Source of the DNA: an uncultured Pseudomonadota bacterium
GTDB lineage: Bacteria > Myxococcota_A > UBA796 > CAJQPC01
Assembly (NCBI GenBank): GCA_913060515.1
Contig: CAJXRZ010000027.1
Span: 6,049-70,048, forward strand
Length of the DNA: 64,000 nt
Reading direction: 5' to 3'
The notes under the pieces are model-generated. The model ran no database searches. It had not been told where the DNA came from and saw nothing but the letters and a program-made list of their open reading frames with translations. Positions 11,912-21,692 of the stretch are shown here, in pieces; positions within the stretch are counted from its first letter, which is position 1, and every line of letters begins with the position of its first letter. The position numbers and the translations under genes were made by a program.

Positions 11912-12660
11912 GCCGGTTCCTTTGCGCTGTCTTGGTCCTCGAGAATCGCCAGGAAGACCTCTTCCAAATCCTGGGCTCCGCCCTGGTTCTGGTCACGTAT
12001 CTCCTCGTAGCTGCCTTGGGCCACGATGCGCCCCTTGTGGATGATCGCAAGGCGGTCGCAGACCTCCTGTGCCACGTCCAGGGAATGGGTGGAGAGAAAG
12101 ACGGTTCGCCCCATGGCCGCCCAGTCTCGAAAGACCTGCTTGATCTGTCGAGACCCCCGCGGATCCAGGCCGACCATCGGCTCATCCACGATCAACAGCT
12201 CCGGCTCGTGCAGCATCGCGCAGCACAGAGAGAGGCGCTGCTTCATGCCATGGGAGAAGCCCTCCACCAGCTCGTTGGCGAACTCCCCCAGACCGTACTC
12301 CTCCAGAAGACGCCCGCCGCTGCCTTCGATGGCGGCCTCGTCCATGCCGTAGAGCCCACCGATGAAGCGCAGCATCTCCCGCGCCGTCAGCTTCTCGTAG
12401 AGGTATGGACGATCTGGGATGTAGCCAATTTTGGCCTTTGCACCGACAGGATCGGCGACCATGTCCACCCCGTCGATCCAGAGCTCGCCCGAGGTCGGAG
12501 GCAGGATGCCGGAGAGAATGCGGATCGTCGTGGTCTTGCCTGCGCCGTTGGGGCCCAGAAAGCCGAAGACCTCGCCGCGGCGCACCTCAAGGTCCAGAGG
12601 ATGCAGCGCCTGAAAGCCGCGGTAGCGCTTCTCGATGGCTTGGGTTCGAATCATGTCCAC
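11908..12660 (-). CDS. ABC-2-type transporter ATP-binding protein
   Basis: GPNGAGKTT, FSHGMKQR, IVDEPMVGLDP, STH. Confidence 0.9.
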   Translation of the reverse strand: MDMIRTQAIEKRYRGFQALHPLDLEVRRGEVFGFLGPNGAGKTTTIRILSGILPPTSGELWIDGVDMVADPVGAKAKIGYIPDRPYLYEKLTAREMLRFIGGLYGMDEAAIEGSGGRLLEEYGLGEFANELVEGFSHGMKQRLSLCCAMLHEPELLIVDEPMVGLDPRGSRQIKQVFRDWAAMGRTVFLSTHSLDVAQEVCDRLAIIHKGRIVAQGSYEEIRDQNQGGAQDLEEVFLAILEDQDSAKEPA

Positions 12661-12700
12661 AGGATAGCCCGCGCTGCCCAGGGAGGGGCCCTGCGCGGAT

Positions 12701-14191
12701 CTATCGCGACTCCACCATCTTGAAGCCCAGGCGCCCCATCACGCCCATGATCTCCACCTGCTTGTCCAGGTCTCCCTCCACCAGCTTGACGTGGCTGGCG
12801 TCGGCCGGAAACTGGCCGAAGGTGGGGTCCACAGGCACCCAACCATGGACTTCTCCCAGGTAGACCTCGGGCCACGCATGGTAGTAAAATCCTCCGTTCT
12901 CACCCATCGCATCGGAGTAAACCACCCCTGCTGCGATGCGTGAAGGGATGCCTGCAATGCGGGCCAAGGCCACGTAGAGCGCGGTGTGCTCGTTGCAGTC
13001 CCCCTGCCCCAGACGAAGCACCTCCAGGGCGTTGGGGACCGAGAGAGTCGGGGCTTTGATCAAGTAGCCATGTACCCAGTCCACAAGCGCCTCGGCGGCG
13101 TCTCTGCGGTTGCTCTGGCCCTCCAGCACTTCGGCGCTCTTCTCTTTGAGCTCTAGGTTCTCGATGGGCAAGAAGATGGTGGGCTGGAGAAACTCAGCCA
13201 GCGCCGGACTGGCCTCGGCGACGGGAAGGTCTCCGCTGAGCTCTTCGGCCATCGGCACTTCGACCCGCACGTGGTCACCGGTGACCCGCTGAACGCCTCC
13301 ATCAAAGACACGCTCAGGCTCTACCCCGAGGATCTGCAGCTCCAGAACGCGCACGAGACGCGGCTGAGGCAAGTAGCCCTCCAACTTGACGGCCGAGAGC
13401 GCGATGATGTTCACCGGCTCGGCGCCCTGGGGCATGCGCTGCGCTTCTTCGGCGGTCTGACGCACCAGGGCCAGGCCCATCGCGCCCTCCTCTCGAATCA
13501 CGTCCCCTGCGGGGGTGAGCAGGACCCGGCTGCTCATCTCGCCGATCTCCCGCTCCATCCAGTAGGCCTCCTCCCCGTCGGGCAGCAGCTCCACCCCGGA
13601 GACGGTCATTTCCATCTCCTGCTGGGAGAGGGTGATGGGGTCGAAGTAGGGCAAGGAGAAGCGCTTTCCGACGGCGATCTCGTCCTGGTGCTGGGAGAGC
13701 CAGGCGCCAATGGAGAGCGACATTTGGGGGGGCGCGTCGATGGGCAGGCTGAGCTCTTGAATCTCTCCGGCTTGGGCGATCTTCATGCGGATCTCGGTGG
13801 GGAGCACCTCGCCTTGTCCGGAGATCGAGACCTCGCCGGAGTCCATAAAGAACTCGAAGCGCTTGAGGGTCCCGGTGTTGTCCATGACCGCTTGGCTGAC
13901 GGTGACCACCTGCTTGAGCTGCCCAAAGGCTGCGATCTCAAAGGCCGAGCGGTTGCGCAGCAGCAGGCCCCCATCCACCGTCGGGGTCTCGCTCGATACG
14001 GCGTAGCCCACCTTCTGGTCCTCGAAGTAGATGCCCATCCAAGCCTCGGAGGAGGGACCGGCGGCCAAGGCCTCGATCTCGATGGGGATGAGCTGCTGCG
14101 CCCGTGACTGAGCCACGAACACCCCGGCCAGAGCCAGAAAGGCCACCAGTGCAGCGGCCTCGATCCAGGCCTGGGGATGCAGTCTCTTCAA
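12701..14191 (-). CDS. membrane-anchored transglutaminase-like protein
   Basis: Cys-His-Asp triad motifs GDCNEH, YHAWPEVY, WVPVDPT; N-terminal TM helix. Confidence 0.85.
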   Translation of the reverse strand: MKRLHPQAWIEAAALVAFLALAGVFVAQSRAQQLIPIEIEALAAGPSSEAWMGIYFEDQKVGYAVSSETPTVDGGLLLRNRSAFEIAAFGQLKQVVTVSQAVMDNTGTLKRFEFFMDSGEVSISGQGEVLPTEIRMKIAQAGEIQELSLPIDAPPQMSLSIGAWLSQHQDEIAVGKRFSLPYFDPITLSQQEMEMTVSGVELLPDGEEAYWMEREIGEMSSRVLLTPAGDVIREEGAMGLALVRQTAEEAQRMPQGAEPVNIIALSAVKLEGYLPQPRLVRVLELQILGVEPERVFDGGVQRVTGDHVRVEVPMAEELSGDLPVAEASPALAEFLQPTIFLPIENLELKEKSAEVLEGQSNRRDAAEALVDWVHGYLIKAPTLSVPNALEVLRLGQGDCNEHTALYVALARIAGIPSRIAAGVVYSDAMGENGGFYYHAWPEVYLGEVHGWVPVDPTFGQFPADASHVKLVEGDLDKQVEIMGVMGRLGFKMVESR

Positions 14192-14241
14192 GCTCGCTCC
14201 GTGTGCTTTGGACTAACATAGGCACCCAATCCAGAGGATGT

Positions 14242-15426
14242 GTGCCGCTCCAGATCCATAGCGTTGCTTTGTCCAGCCAAGACCGGCGCAAGCCTTCCGC
14301 GTCCACCCTGCACGACGCCAGTCTCGGCTTTCTAGGCATCGCCCACGCCACAGTGCTGCCCTCCTTGCTCGAGTCAGACCTGGGCTCGGCGGCCTCCAAG
14401 CTGGTCTTGGACACCGCACGGGGGCACATCGCCAAGGCCATCGCCGACCTGCGCACACGTGGCCAAGACCAGGACGAGGCCACCCAAGAAGTGCTGCGCA
14501 CCGCGGCCAACCTGGCCCGCCTCGAGCTCTCTGCCTTCTCCATTCGCAAGCGCCAGAGCATAGAGTGCACCCTGGATCTCGCCTTGGTCTTGGACAGCGT
14601 GCTCTACGTCTGCCACCTGGGAGATGGGGCAACCTACCTGGTTCGGAAGGGCCTGGTTCACAAGCTCACCCAGGACCACATCAGCCAGGTGGCCCACGCC
14701 GCCAACGAGCGACCGGCGCGCACCCAGTCTTTGGGAATCGATGGGAGCGAAGCCGAGGTCTTGGCGGTCACGCTGGGGCGTTCAGATCGGGTCCTGCTCA
14801 CGAGCCCTTGGCTCTCGATGAACCTGGACGAGCTGCGCCTGCGCGAGGCCACCACAGACCCGACTCCAGATGGACTGACCGCCCGGCTCCTGAGCATCGG
14901 CCGAGACCGCGCCCCTCAGGCCGACATGGCTGTAGGCGTGATGCTGCCCATCGGCATCCAACCCAGCACCAGTCGCCCCGGAACAGGTCGTCTGGAGACC
15001 CTGGCGCGCACGCCGCTCTTTGCCTACTGCACCGAGCGAGAGCTCATCAGCTTGGCCGGCATCACGCGCCCGGCTCACTTCAAACAGGGCGAGACCCTCT
15101 TCTCCCAAGGGGAGCTGGGCAAGGCCATGTACCTGCTGGTGGCCGGCAAGGTCGAAGTGGTGCGCGATGGTCAGAGCATCGCGGAGCTTGGACCCGGCGC
15201 AAACTTCGGCGAGATGGCTCTGCTCGACGAGCCGGAGCGCAGCGCGACCATCACGGCCTTAGAGCCGGCAGAGGCCCTCATCATCACGCGAGAGGCCTTC
15301 TTTGCTTTGCTGAAGCGGGACCCCACCCTGGCGGTCAAGGTGCTCTGGAACATGCTACTGCGCCTGTCCTCGAACCTCCGATCCACCTCGGAGAAGCTGG
15401 CTGCCCTAGAGAGAGCGCTCAAATGA
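14242..15426 (+). CDS. degenerate PP2C-like domain + cyclic-nucleotide-binding domain (pseudophosphatase)
   Basis: HLGDG and LTQDH retained but metal-binding Asp motifs replaced; intact FGEMALLDEPERSAT; start uncertain (GTG 14242 preferred, ORF open from 14104). Confidence 0.78.
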   Translation: MPLQIHSVALSSQDRRKPSASTLHDASLGFLGIAHATVLPSLLESDLGSAASKLVLDTARGHIAKAIADLRTRGQDQDEATQEVLRTAANLARLELSAFSIRKRQSIECTLDLALVLDSVLYVCHLGDGATYLVRKGLVHKLTQDHISQVAHAANERPARTQSLGIDGSEAEVLAVTLGRSDRVLLTSPWLSMNLDELRLREATTDPTPDGLTARLLSIGRDRAPQADMAVGVMLPIGIQPSTSRPGTGRLETLARTPLFAYCTERELISLAGITRPAHFKQGETLFSQGELGKAMYLLVAGKVEVVRDGQSIAELGPGANFGEMALLDEPERSATITALEPAEALIITREAFFALLKRDPTLAVKVLWNMLLRLSSNLRSTSEKLAALERALK

Positions 15427-16700
15427 CCACGGCACTGCACATTGACGCTTGGGTGACCACCGACACCGGTCGGGTACGCAAGCACAACGAAGACAGCGCC
15501 CTGGTTGAGCCCAGTCTGGGCCTGTATGTGGTCTGCGACGGCATGGGCGGCTTCAAGCGCGGCGACGTGGCCAGCTCACTGGCTTGCTCGGTGGTCCTGG
15601 AGTCCATCACAGCGGGCAAACGAACCTTGGCGCTGCACGCTGAGCAGCCCAGCTCCGCGACCATTGCCGCGGTCCAAGCCTTGCTCCAGAACGCCGTTCA
15701 GCGCGCTTGCGAGGAGATCTACCAAGCCGGCGCCAGCATCGCTGGAGACGGCGGCCGGATGGGCACCACCCTGGACGCGGTCCTGGTCATCGCCGACCAA
15801 GCCTTCACCGCCCACGTGGGCGATGGGCGCATCTACTTGATTCGCGGCGGCGAGTGCCACCAAGTGACCGAGGACCACAGCCTGGTCCAAGAGCAGCTGC
15901 GCGAGGGGCTCATCACCCCCGACCAAGCCAGAAAGGCCAAGAACAAGAACGTGATCACGCGGGCCCTTGGGGTCTTCCCGAGCGTCTTGGTGGACCTGCT
16001 CTACATTCAGCTCGCCCCCGGCGATGCCCTGCTGCTCTGCTCCGACGGCCTGCATGGCTACGTCGGCGCCCCTGAGATGATTGAACCGGTGGCCTCTGGC
16101 AAGGCCGGCGGGACCGAGGCCCTGGTCGACAGAGCAAACAAGCGCGGCGGCCGGGACAACATCACCGCACTTGTCGTGCGCGTGGACGCCGAGAACCCCA
16201 ACGAGCCCCGAGATGAGGCCGCTGCGACCCAGCACATCGAGGCGCTGCGTCGCTGCGATCTCTTCTCCTTCTGCACCTACCGTGAGCTTGTGCAGATCTC
16301 CGGGCTCTGCGAGACCCGGCAAGTGCCCGCCAACACCACGCTCTTCATCGAAGACGAGCTGGGCGGCGAGTGCTTCATCATCGAGACCGGCTCCGTAGAG
16401 ATTCTGCGCGGCGGCGTCACTCTGGCCAATCTGGGCCCCGCTGCCTACTTCGGCGAGATGTCCTTCATCGACTCGCCTCGGCGCAGCGCGACGGTTCGAA
16501 CCACCAGCGCCAGCCAGTTCCTGGTGCTCTCCCGGAACGAGTTCCTGCGCTTGGTGCGGCAAGACTCTGCCCTGGCCACCAAGCTCATGTGGCGCCTGCT
16601 GCATCACTTGGCCCGCATGGTGCGAAACGCCAACGCCAGAGTGCTGGCCGGCGTGACCACGCTGGAGATCGACTCGATCGACCTGGATCTTGATCAATAG
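15423..16700 (+). CDS. PP2C/PPM Ser/Thr phosphatase + cyclic-nucleotide-binding domain
   Basis: GRVRKHNED, VCDGMGG, MGTT, HVGDG, CSDGL, GGRDNIT; FGEMSFIDSPRRSAT; ATGA overlap. Confidence 0.92.
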   Translation: MTTALHIDAWVTTDTGRVRKHNEDSALVEPSLGLYVVCDGMGGFKRGDVASSLACSVVLESITAGKRTLALHAEQPSSATIAAVQALLQNAVQRACEEIYQAGASIAGDGGRMGTTLDAVLVIADQAFTAHVGDGRIYLIRGGECHQVTEDHSLVQEQLREGLITPDQARKAKNKNVITRALGVFPSVLVDLLYIQLAPGDALLLCSDGLHGYVGAPEMIEPVASGKAGGTEALVDRANKRGGRDNITALVVRVDAENPNEPRDEAAATQHIEALRRCDLFSFCTYRELVQISGLCETRQVPANTTLFIEDELGGECFIIETGSVEILRGGVTLANLGPAAYFGEMSFIDSPRRSATVRTTSASQFLVLSRNEFLRLVRQDSALATKLMWRLLHHLARMVRNANARVLAGVTTLEIDSIDLDLDQ

Positions 16701-16736
16701 CCCAGAGCCCGCCGAGAGCACGTGTAGACTGCTGCG

Positions 16737-19217
16737 GTGAATCCACTTTTGGTCTGGTTTCTGGGCGCGGGCTTGCTCGCACAGGATGGATGGGGCGGCT
16801 CCCAGGCTGAGCCCGTTCCGGATCCGGAGCCGCCCAGCGGCTTCTCCGGAGCGGTGGTCCCCGCGACTCCGGCCGTGGCGCAGCAGGGCTTCGTCATGCC
16901 AACCCTGCTCTCAGTCCCACAGATTCCTTGGCCAGAGGGCGCCCCGTTTGAGCCCGCCTCGGTCTCCTTGGTCTTGGTCTTGGGCACAGAGGGGCAGGTG
17001 ACGGAGGTCAGCGCGACCGCTGGGGAAGAGCCCTTCCTCAGTCTGGCCTTGTTGGCGGCAGAGGACCTTCAGTTCACCCCCGCATACGAGGACGGTGCGC
17101 CTGTAGAGGTGGAGCTGCCATTTGAGTGGCCCTTCACCCCACCCCCCATCAACCTGAGCGGACAGCTGATCATCGTGGGCGATGGGGACAACAGCCCCGC
17201 CCGAGTCAGTCTCTTCTTAGACGGGCAGCCCTTCGGCGAGACCGACGAGAAGGGTGCATTCGCGGCCCGCTTGGTTCCCGCCGGCGCACACCAGATCAGC
17301 ATCGAAGACCCCAACCTGACAATGGCCCCACTGGACTTCGTTCTCGAGCCCGACCAAGCCATCGAGCTCAACCTGGTCGCGCTGCCCGAAGGCCAAGACA
17401 ACGTCGCGGTGGGCGTGTACACCCGCAAGCGCTCCGAGGTGGTGACCCGCAGCCTGAGCGCCGAGGAGCTGCGCACCACCCCCGGCACCATGGGCGACCC
17501 GGTCCGCGCGGTTCAGAACCTGCCCGGCGTGGTGCGCACCCCTTTCGACTCCGGCTGGCTGATCGTGCGTGGCGGCTCCCCCCGGGACACCGGGGTCTTC
17601 ATCGACGGTCAGCGCGTGCCGCTGGTCTACCACTTGGGCGGCTTCACCTCGGTGCTGCACCCCTCCATGGTGGACACCGTCGACTTCATGCCCGGCGGCT
17701 TTGGGCCCCGATACGGTCGCGCCATCGCCGGCGCCGTGGACTTGAGCTCTCAGGCGGCCAGCCAGGAGTACCGGGTGGAGGCCGGCGCTGACCTGGTCCA
17801 CGCCGGGGCCTTTGTGCAAGCGCCCCTAAACGATGAGGTCTCCATGGCGGCCAGCCTGCGCCGCTCCTACCTGGACCGCATCGTCTCAGCGGTCACCACC
17901 CCCGAACAAGCCGCCATCGTGCCGCGCTTCTACGACTGGCAGGTGCGGGTCGACGGCCAGGACGCTGGCGTGTTCTACCTGGGCTACAAAGACAGCATCA
18001 ACGCCCCAACCGGCTTGGACGGCGACACGGTTCAGGTCAGCATCGTCACCCACCGGGTTCTAGGACGGGTCGAGAGAGACACAAGCCTGGGCCGTTTGAG
18101 TCTGCGCCCGGTCTTCGCAGACGACGCCTACTACCTGGACTACAGCGAGGACAGAGACGAGCGCCGCACCCGCACGGGCAGCCTGCGCATACAGATGGAC
18201 TCCGGCGAAGGCCAGAACTGGGGATTGCAGACCGGTCTAGACACCGAGCTGAGCGTCTTCCGCATCAACGTGGCCACCAACTGCGGCGACGATGCCTGCC
18301 CTGGAATCGTCAAACAGGCCACCATGGGCTCGACCGACCCATACATGCGCATGCGCATCGGAGACGCCAATGGCAGCCACTTGCTGCTCGGCGGACGCAT
18401 CGACACCCTTCTGATCGACTCTCAGCAGCTGCGCTGGGCCCCCTCCCCGCGCGTTGCAGCGGTGGTCCAGGCCACCGAAAACTGGACTCTGGTCGGGGAC
18501 GCGGGTGTCTACCGCCAATACCCGCCCATCGAGTGGGCCGTCGGCTTGCCCACCGGCCGCTACTTGGACCTGGAACAGAGCCGAGGCTTTGGCGGCGGAG
18601 CCCACTGGCAGGCCCCTCAGCTCTCCTTCGACGTGGACGCCTACTGGCGACAGATGGACCAGCTGACCATCTTCGAAGAAGACGGTTCTACGGGCCAGGG
18701 CCAAGGCAAAGCCTACGGAATCGAGACCCTCTCCCGCTTCCGCTACGGCGGATTCTCCGGATGGGTGGCCTACACCTACAGCCGCTCCCTCCGGCGGGAC
18801 GAGGCCGGCGACGGCTGGCGGGCGCACACCTACGACCAGCCGCACTACTTTGTGCTCGTTGGGGCCTATCAGCTGCCCAAGGATTGGAGCCTGAGCGCCC
18901 GCTTCAGAGCCGGCTCCGGATACCCCAGAGAGCCCGATGCGGACGACGCCTTGGACATCCTGACCCAGAACGAGGTCCCCCTGGACATGACCTCGACGCG
19001 GCTCCCGAGCTACCACAGCCTGGACATCAAGATCTCCAGGCTCCATGACGTGCGCGCCTGGGAGTTGGAGTACTACCTGGACATCCAGAACGTCTACAAC
19101 CGGCGCATCCCCGAGCCGGTCATCACCGGCATTGACGACAGAAACACCGCCTATGGCTTCGGACTGACCACCCTGCCGATCTTCGGCATCAAAGGGGCCT
19201 ACACCAAGGAGCGTTGA
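16737..19217 (+). CDS. TonB-dependent receptor with N-terminal TonB_C-like and Ig-like domains
   Basis: LQFTPAYEDGAPVEV (TonB_C); plug GDPVRAVQNLPGV...VRGGSP...FIDG, PGGFGPRYGRAIAG; barrel end DIQNVYN...PIFGIKG. Confidence 0.85.
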   Translation: MNPLLVWFLGAGLLAQDGWGGSQAEPVPDPEPPSGFSGAVVPATPAVAQQGFVMPTLLSVPQIPWPEGAPFEPASVSLVLVLGTEGQVTEVSATAGEEPFLSLALLAAEDLQFTPAYEDGAPVEVELPFEWPFTPPPINLSGQLIIVGDGDNSPARVSLFLDGQPFGETDEKGAFAARLVPAGAHQISIEDPNLTMAPLDFVLEPDQAIELNLVALPEGQDNVAVGVYTRKRSEVVTRSLSAEELRTTPGTMGDPVRAVQNLPGVVRTPFDSGWLIVRGGSPRDTGVFIDGQRVPLVYHLGGFTSVLHPSMVDTVDFMPGGFGPRYGRAIAGAVDLSSQAASQEYRVEAGADLVHAGAFVQAPLNDEVSMAASLRRSYLDRIVSAVTTPEQAAIVPRFYDWQVRVDGQDAGVFYLGYKDSINAPTGLDGDTVQVSIVTHRVLGRVERDTSLGRLSLRPVFADDAYYLDYSEDRDERRTRTGSLRIQMDSGEGQNWGLQTGLDTELSVFRINVATNCGDDACPGIVKQATMGSTDPYMRMRIGDANGSHLLLGGRIDTLLIDSQQLRWAPSPRVAAVVQATENWTLVGDAGVYRQYPPIEWAVGLPTGRYLDLEQSRGFGGGAHWQAPQLSFDVDAYWRQMDQLTIFEEDGSTGQGQGKAYGIETLSRFRYGGFSGWVAYTYSRSLRRDEAGDGWRAHTYDQPHYFVLVGAYQLPKDWSLSARFRAGSGYPREPDADDALDILTQNEVPLDMTSTRLPSYHSLDIKISRLHDVRAWELEYYLDIQNVYNRRIPEPVITGIDDRNTAYGFGLTTLPIFGIKGAYTKER

Positions 19218-19279
19218 GCCAAGGGAAAGCGCGCAACCTTCGGGGACTCGTGGCATCCCAAAGCAGCCCCGGATCCTTC

Positions 19280-20941
19280 ATGTCGCTGCTCCTGCTCGCG
19301 CTGGCCTGTACATCCTCCTCCGCGCCCGATGACTCCCCTCCAGAGAACCCGCCGGACACCGCCATCGGAGAGGGGCCTGGCGACTGGGAGGACCCCCTGA
19401 GCATCGCCAGAGACCTGGGCGTAGACGACAAGGGCATGGAGCTCACTGACGCGGTGATGGCGGGCGAGTTCCTGGTGCTCGCAGGTCAACAACAGCAGGG
19501 AAAGGGCGGGGTCTGGCTCTTCGATCACGCCAGCGACCCACTGGACCCCGGCTACATCGGCACCACCACCCTGCGCAACGTTCAGCAGGTGTGCTGGGAC
19601 GGCGAGAAGATCTGGGGCACGGACCGCAGCGCCTTCTTGTACCGCTTCAGCATCGACTCCGATGGGGTGCGCGAGGACCGCCACTGGGACCTGGGCCCCA
19701 ACGATGGCGGGGTGAGCTGCGATGCCACCTATGTGGCCGCCGCCCGCGGCAGCATGGGCGCCTACCTCTGGGAGAAGGACGGAGATGGCATCGACGAGGT
19801 CGCCTTCTTCGATGAGAAGGTGACCGAGGTCCTGCTGGCTGGCGAGCACCTGTACTTGCTGGCCCCAGACGCCTTGATCAAGGTGCGAACCAACACCCAA
19901 GAGGAGCTGGGTCGCCTGGCCTTGCAGGGCTACTGCCGCGATTTGGAAGCCGACGAGAGCGGCTTGGTGATGGCCTGCGGCAGCGACGGTGTGATGCTGG
20001 TGGATGCGGAAGAGATGAGCCTGAGCGGCAGCTGGCGCGGCAACATCAGCGCACGCGGGGTCTCCCTGGGCCCCGATGGCATCGTGGTCGCCGGGTGGAC
20101 CGACGTGGTCTTGCTGGACCGCCAGGGCACCTTCATCGGCAGCGAACCCACCAACAGCGCCGCGATGGACAGCACCCAGGACGCCAACGGCAACATCTAC
20201 ATCGCCGACTGGCGCACGCCCTTCATGCTTCAGCTCAACAGCACGGCCCACAGCCCGGAGCTGGTCTTGGTCCCCGACTTGGCCCGCGACGGCGCCACCA
20301 TCGAGATCCGCAACGAAGGCACCGCGCCCCTCTGGATCAATGGGGTGAGCGAGGGGGAGCTGGAATCCCAGCGCGTGGCGCCTGGCGGCTACACCTTCTG
20401 GCACCTGCCCGAGACCTTGGAAGGCACCCCCACCATCGAGACCGATGACCCAGACGAGGCCAGCGTCACTCTGGATCTCGGCACGCGAGGCGGCCTCTCC
20501 GTCGGAGATGTGGCGCCCCAGATCCAGGAGTTCGACACCGAGCGCCAGGAGTGGAAGCTCTCCGACCACGCCGGCAAGGTGGTCTGGGTGGGCCTGTTCG
20601 AGGACGGCTGCCCGGTGTGCTCCAGCGAGGTCGGCGCCACCGAGTTGGCCTTGGTCCAGGCCTTCGGCGAGCGCGATGATCTGGAACGGGTCTGGGTGTA
20701 CACCGAGGGGGCTTCCGCGGAGCGGCCGGAAGAGTGGCGTGAGGAGGCCGAGATCGCTGGCGCGGTGCTGGTCGACGCCAACCAAAACGTGCGCTTTGAC
20801 TACTTCATCGAGAACGGTGGGGACGCCTTTGCCCGCAATCCCCGGCACTTCGTGATCGACCAGGAGGGCAAGATCGCCTTCATCGCGACGAACCTGGAGA
20901 TCCAGGGAGAGATCGCGGTGATGGAGAGCTTGCTGGAGTAG
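19280..20941 (+). CDS. lipoprotein with LVIVD-like propeller, Ig-like domain and C-terminal redoxin (TlpA/AhpC-like)
   Basis: MSLLLLALAC; YIADW; IRNEGTAPL...TDDPDE; LSDHAGKVV...CPVC...PRHFVIDQEGKI. Confidence 0.75.
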   Translation: MSLLLLALACTSSSAPDDSPPENPPDTAIGEGPGDWEDPLSIARDLGVDDKGMELTDAVMAGEFLVLAGQQQQGKGGVWLFDHASDPLDPGYIGTTTLRNVQQVCWDGEKIWGTDRSAFLYRFSIDSDGVREDRHWDLGPNDGGVSCDATYVAAARGSMGAYLWEKDGDGIDEVAFFDEKVTEVLLAGEHLYLLAPDALIKVRTNTQEELGRLALQGYCRDLEADESGLVMACGSDGVMLVDAEEMSLSGSWRGNISARGVSLGPDGIVVAGWTDVVLLDRQGTFIGSEPTNSAAMDSTQDANGNIYIADWRTPFMLQLNSTAHSPELVLVPDLARDGATIEIRNEGTAPLWINGVSEGELESQRVAPGGYTFWHLPETLEGTPTIETDDPDEASVTLDLGTRGGLSVGDVAPQIQEFDTERQEWKLSDHAGKVVWVGLFEDGCPVCSSEVGATELALVQAFGERDDLERVWVYTEGASAERPEEWREEAEIAGAVLVDANQNVRFDYFIENGGDAFARNPRHFVIDQEGKIAFIATNLEIQGEIAVMESLLE

Positions 20942-20986
20942 GGCCGGCGCCACACTTGCTGTGAACGCCGGTGCCCCAGATCTTCG

Positions 20987-21277
20987 CTACATCGCACCCT
21001 GCTCGTAGACCCGGCAGCTGTGAATCGCTGGGTTGGCTTTGGCCATCGCCATGGCCTCGTCCCAAGACGCTGCGTTCACGATGCTCATGCCGGTGATGCT
21101 CTCTGGGCCCAGGGGCAGATCGGTGACCTGGCCATCCTTGACCTCCTTGCCGCCCATCAGAGGACCGACGTTGTCGACCATCATGGAGCCATAGTCCTGG
21201 AACCACTTGCCCCAGGCGGCGCCAATCTCAGGGGTGGGGGGAACGAAACCATAGTGAATGAGCACGAACTTCTTCAT
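20987..21277 (-). CDS. YCII-like protein
   Basis: AWGKWF...GPL...ITGMSIVNAASWDEAMAMAKANP pattern; coupled to ArsR. Confidence 0.7.
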   Translation of the reverse strand: MKKFVLIHYGFVPPTPEIGAAWGKWFQDYGSMMVDNVGPLMGGKEVKDGQVTDLPLGPESITGMSIVNAASWDEAMAMAKANPAIHSCRVYEQGAM

Positions 21278-21618
21278 TGTTCTTCTCCGGTCTTGGGTGT
21301 GCGCGCGACAAAGTCCGCGTAGTTCTCAAAGGAGGCCAGGTCGGTCCCCCACAAGGTGTGGAAGAGCCCGGCCCAGGCTTGGACCTGCATCATGCCTTCT
21401 CGACGGAAGGCGAGAATATTGGTTCGTCCGAGCTTTTTTCGCTTCACCAGCCCAGCCTTCTCCAACACCTTGATGTGCTTGTGAATCGCTGGCAGAGACA
21501 GTCCCCGCGCGTCGGCGAGCTGATGAATGGCAAAGGGCTGCAAGGCGAGCATGCGCACAATCTCTCGGCGGTGTTCATTGGCGAGAGCGCCAAAGAGCTG
21601 GTCGAGGGTCTGGGACAT
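21274..21618 (-). CDS. ArsR/SmtB family transcriptional regulator
   Basis: FGALANEHRREIV, SLPAIHKHIKVLEKAGLV, KLGR. Confidence 0.9.
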   Translation of the reverse strand: MSQTLDQLFGALANEHRREIVRMLALQPFAIHQLADARGLSLPAIHKHIKVLEKAGLVKRKKLGRTNILAFRREGMMQVQAWAGLFHTLWGTDLASFENYADFVARTPKTGEEQ

Positions 21619-21624
21619 TAAAGG

Positions 21625-21640
21625 TTAACCACTTGGTTAA
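21625..21640. promoter_or_regulatory. 7-2-7 inverted repeat, probable ArsR autoregulatory operator
   Basis: TTAACCA-CT-TGGTTAA immediately upstream of the ArsR start. Confidence 0.7.
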
Positions 21641-21692
21641 GCTTAGTTCAACACAGCGCGGCTGGCCAGAAGACGATCTTCGAAACGCAGAA

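Noticed and set aside
14104-14241. ORF-track start for the pseudo-PP2C
   Set aside because: It overlaps the start of the divergent transglutaminase; alignment with the paralog places the domain start near 14242.
20590-20630. Selenocysteine in the redoxin active site
   Set aside because: The motif is a plain CPVC with no in-frame TGA.
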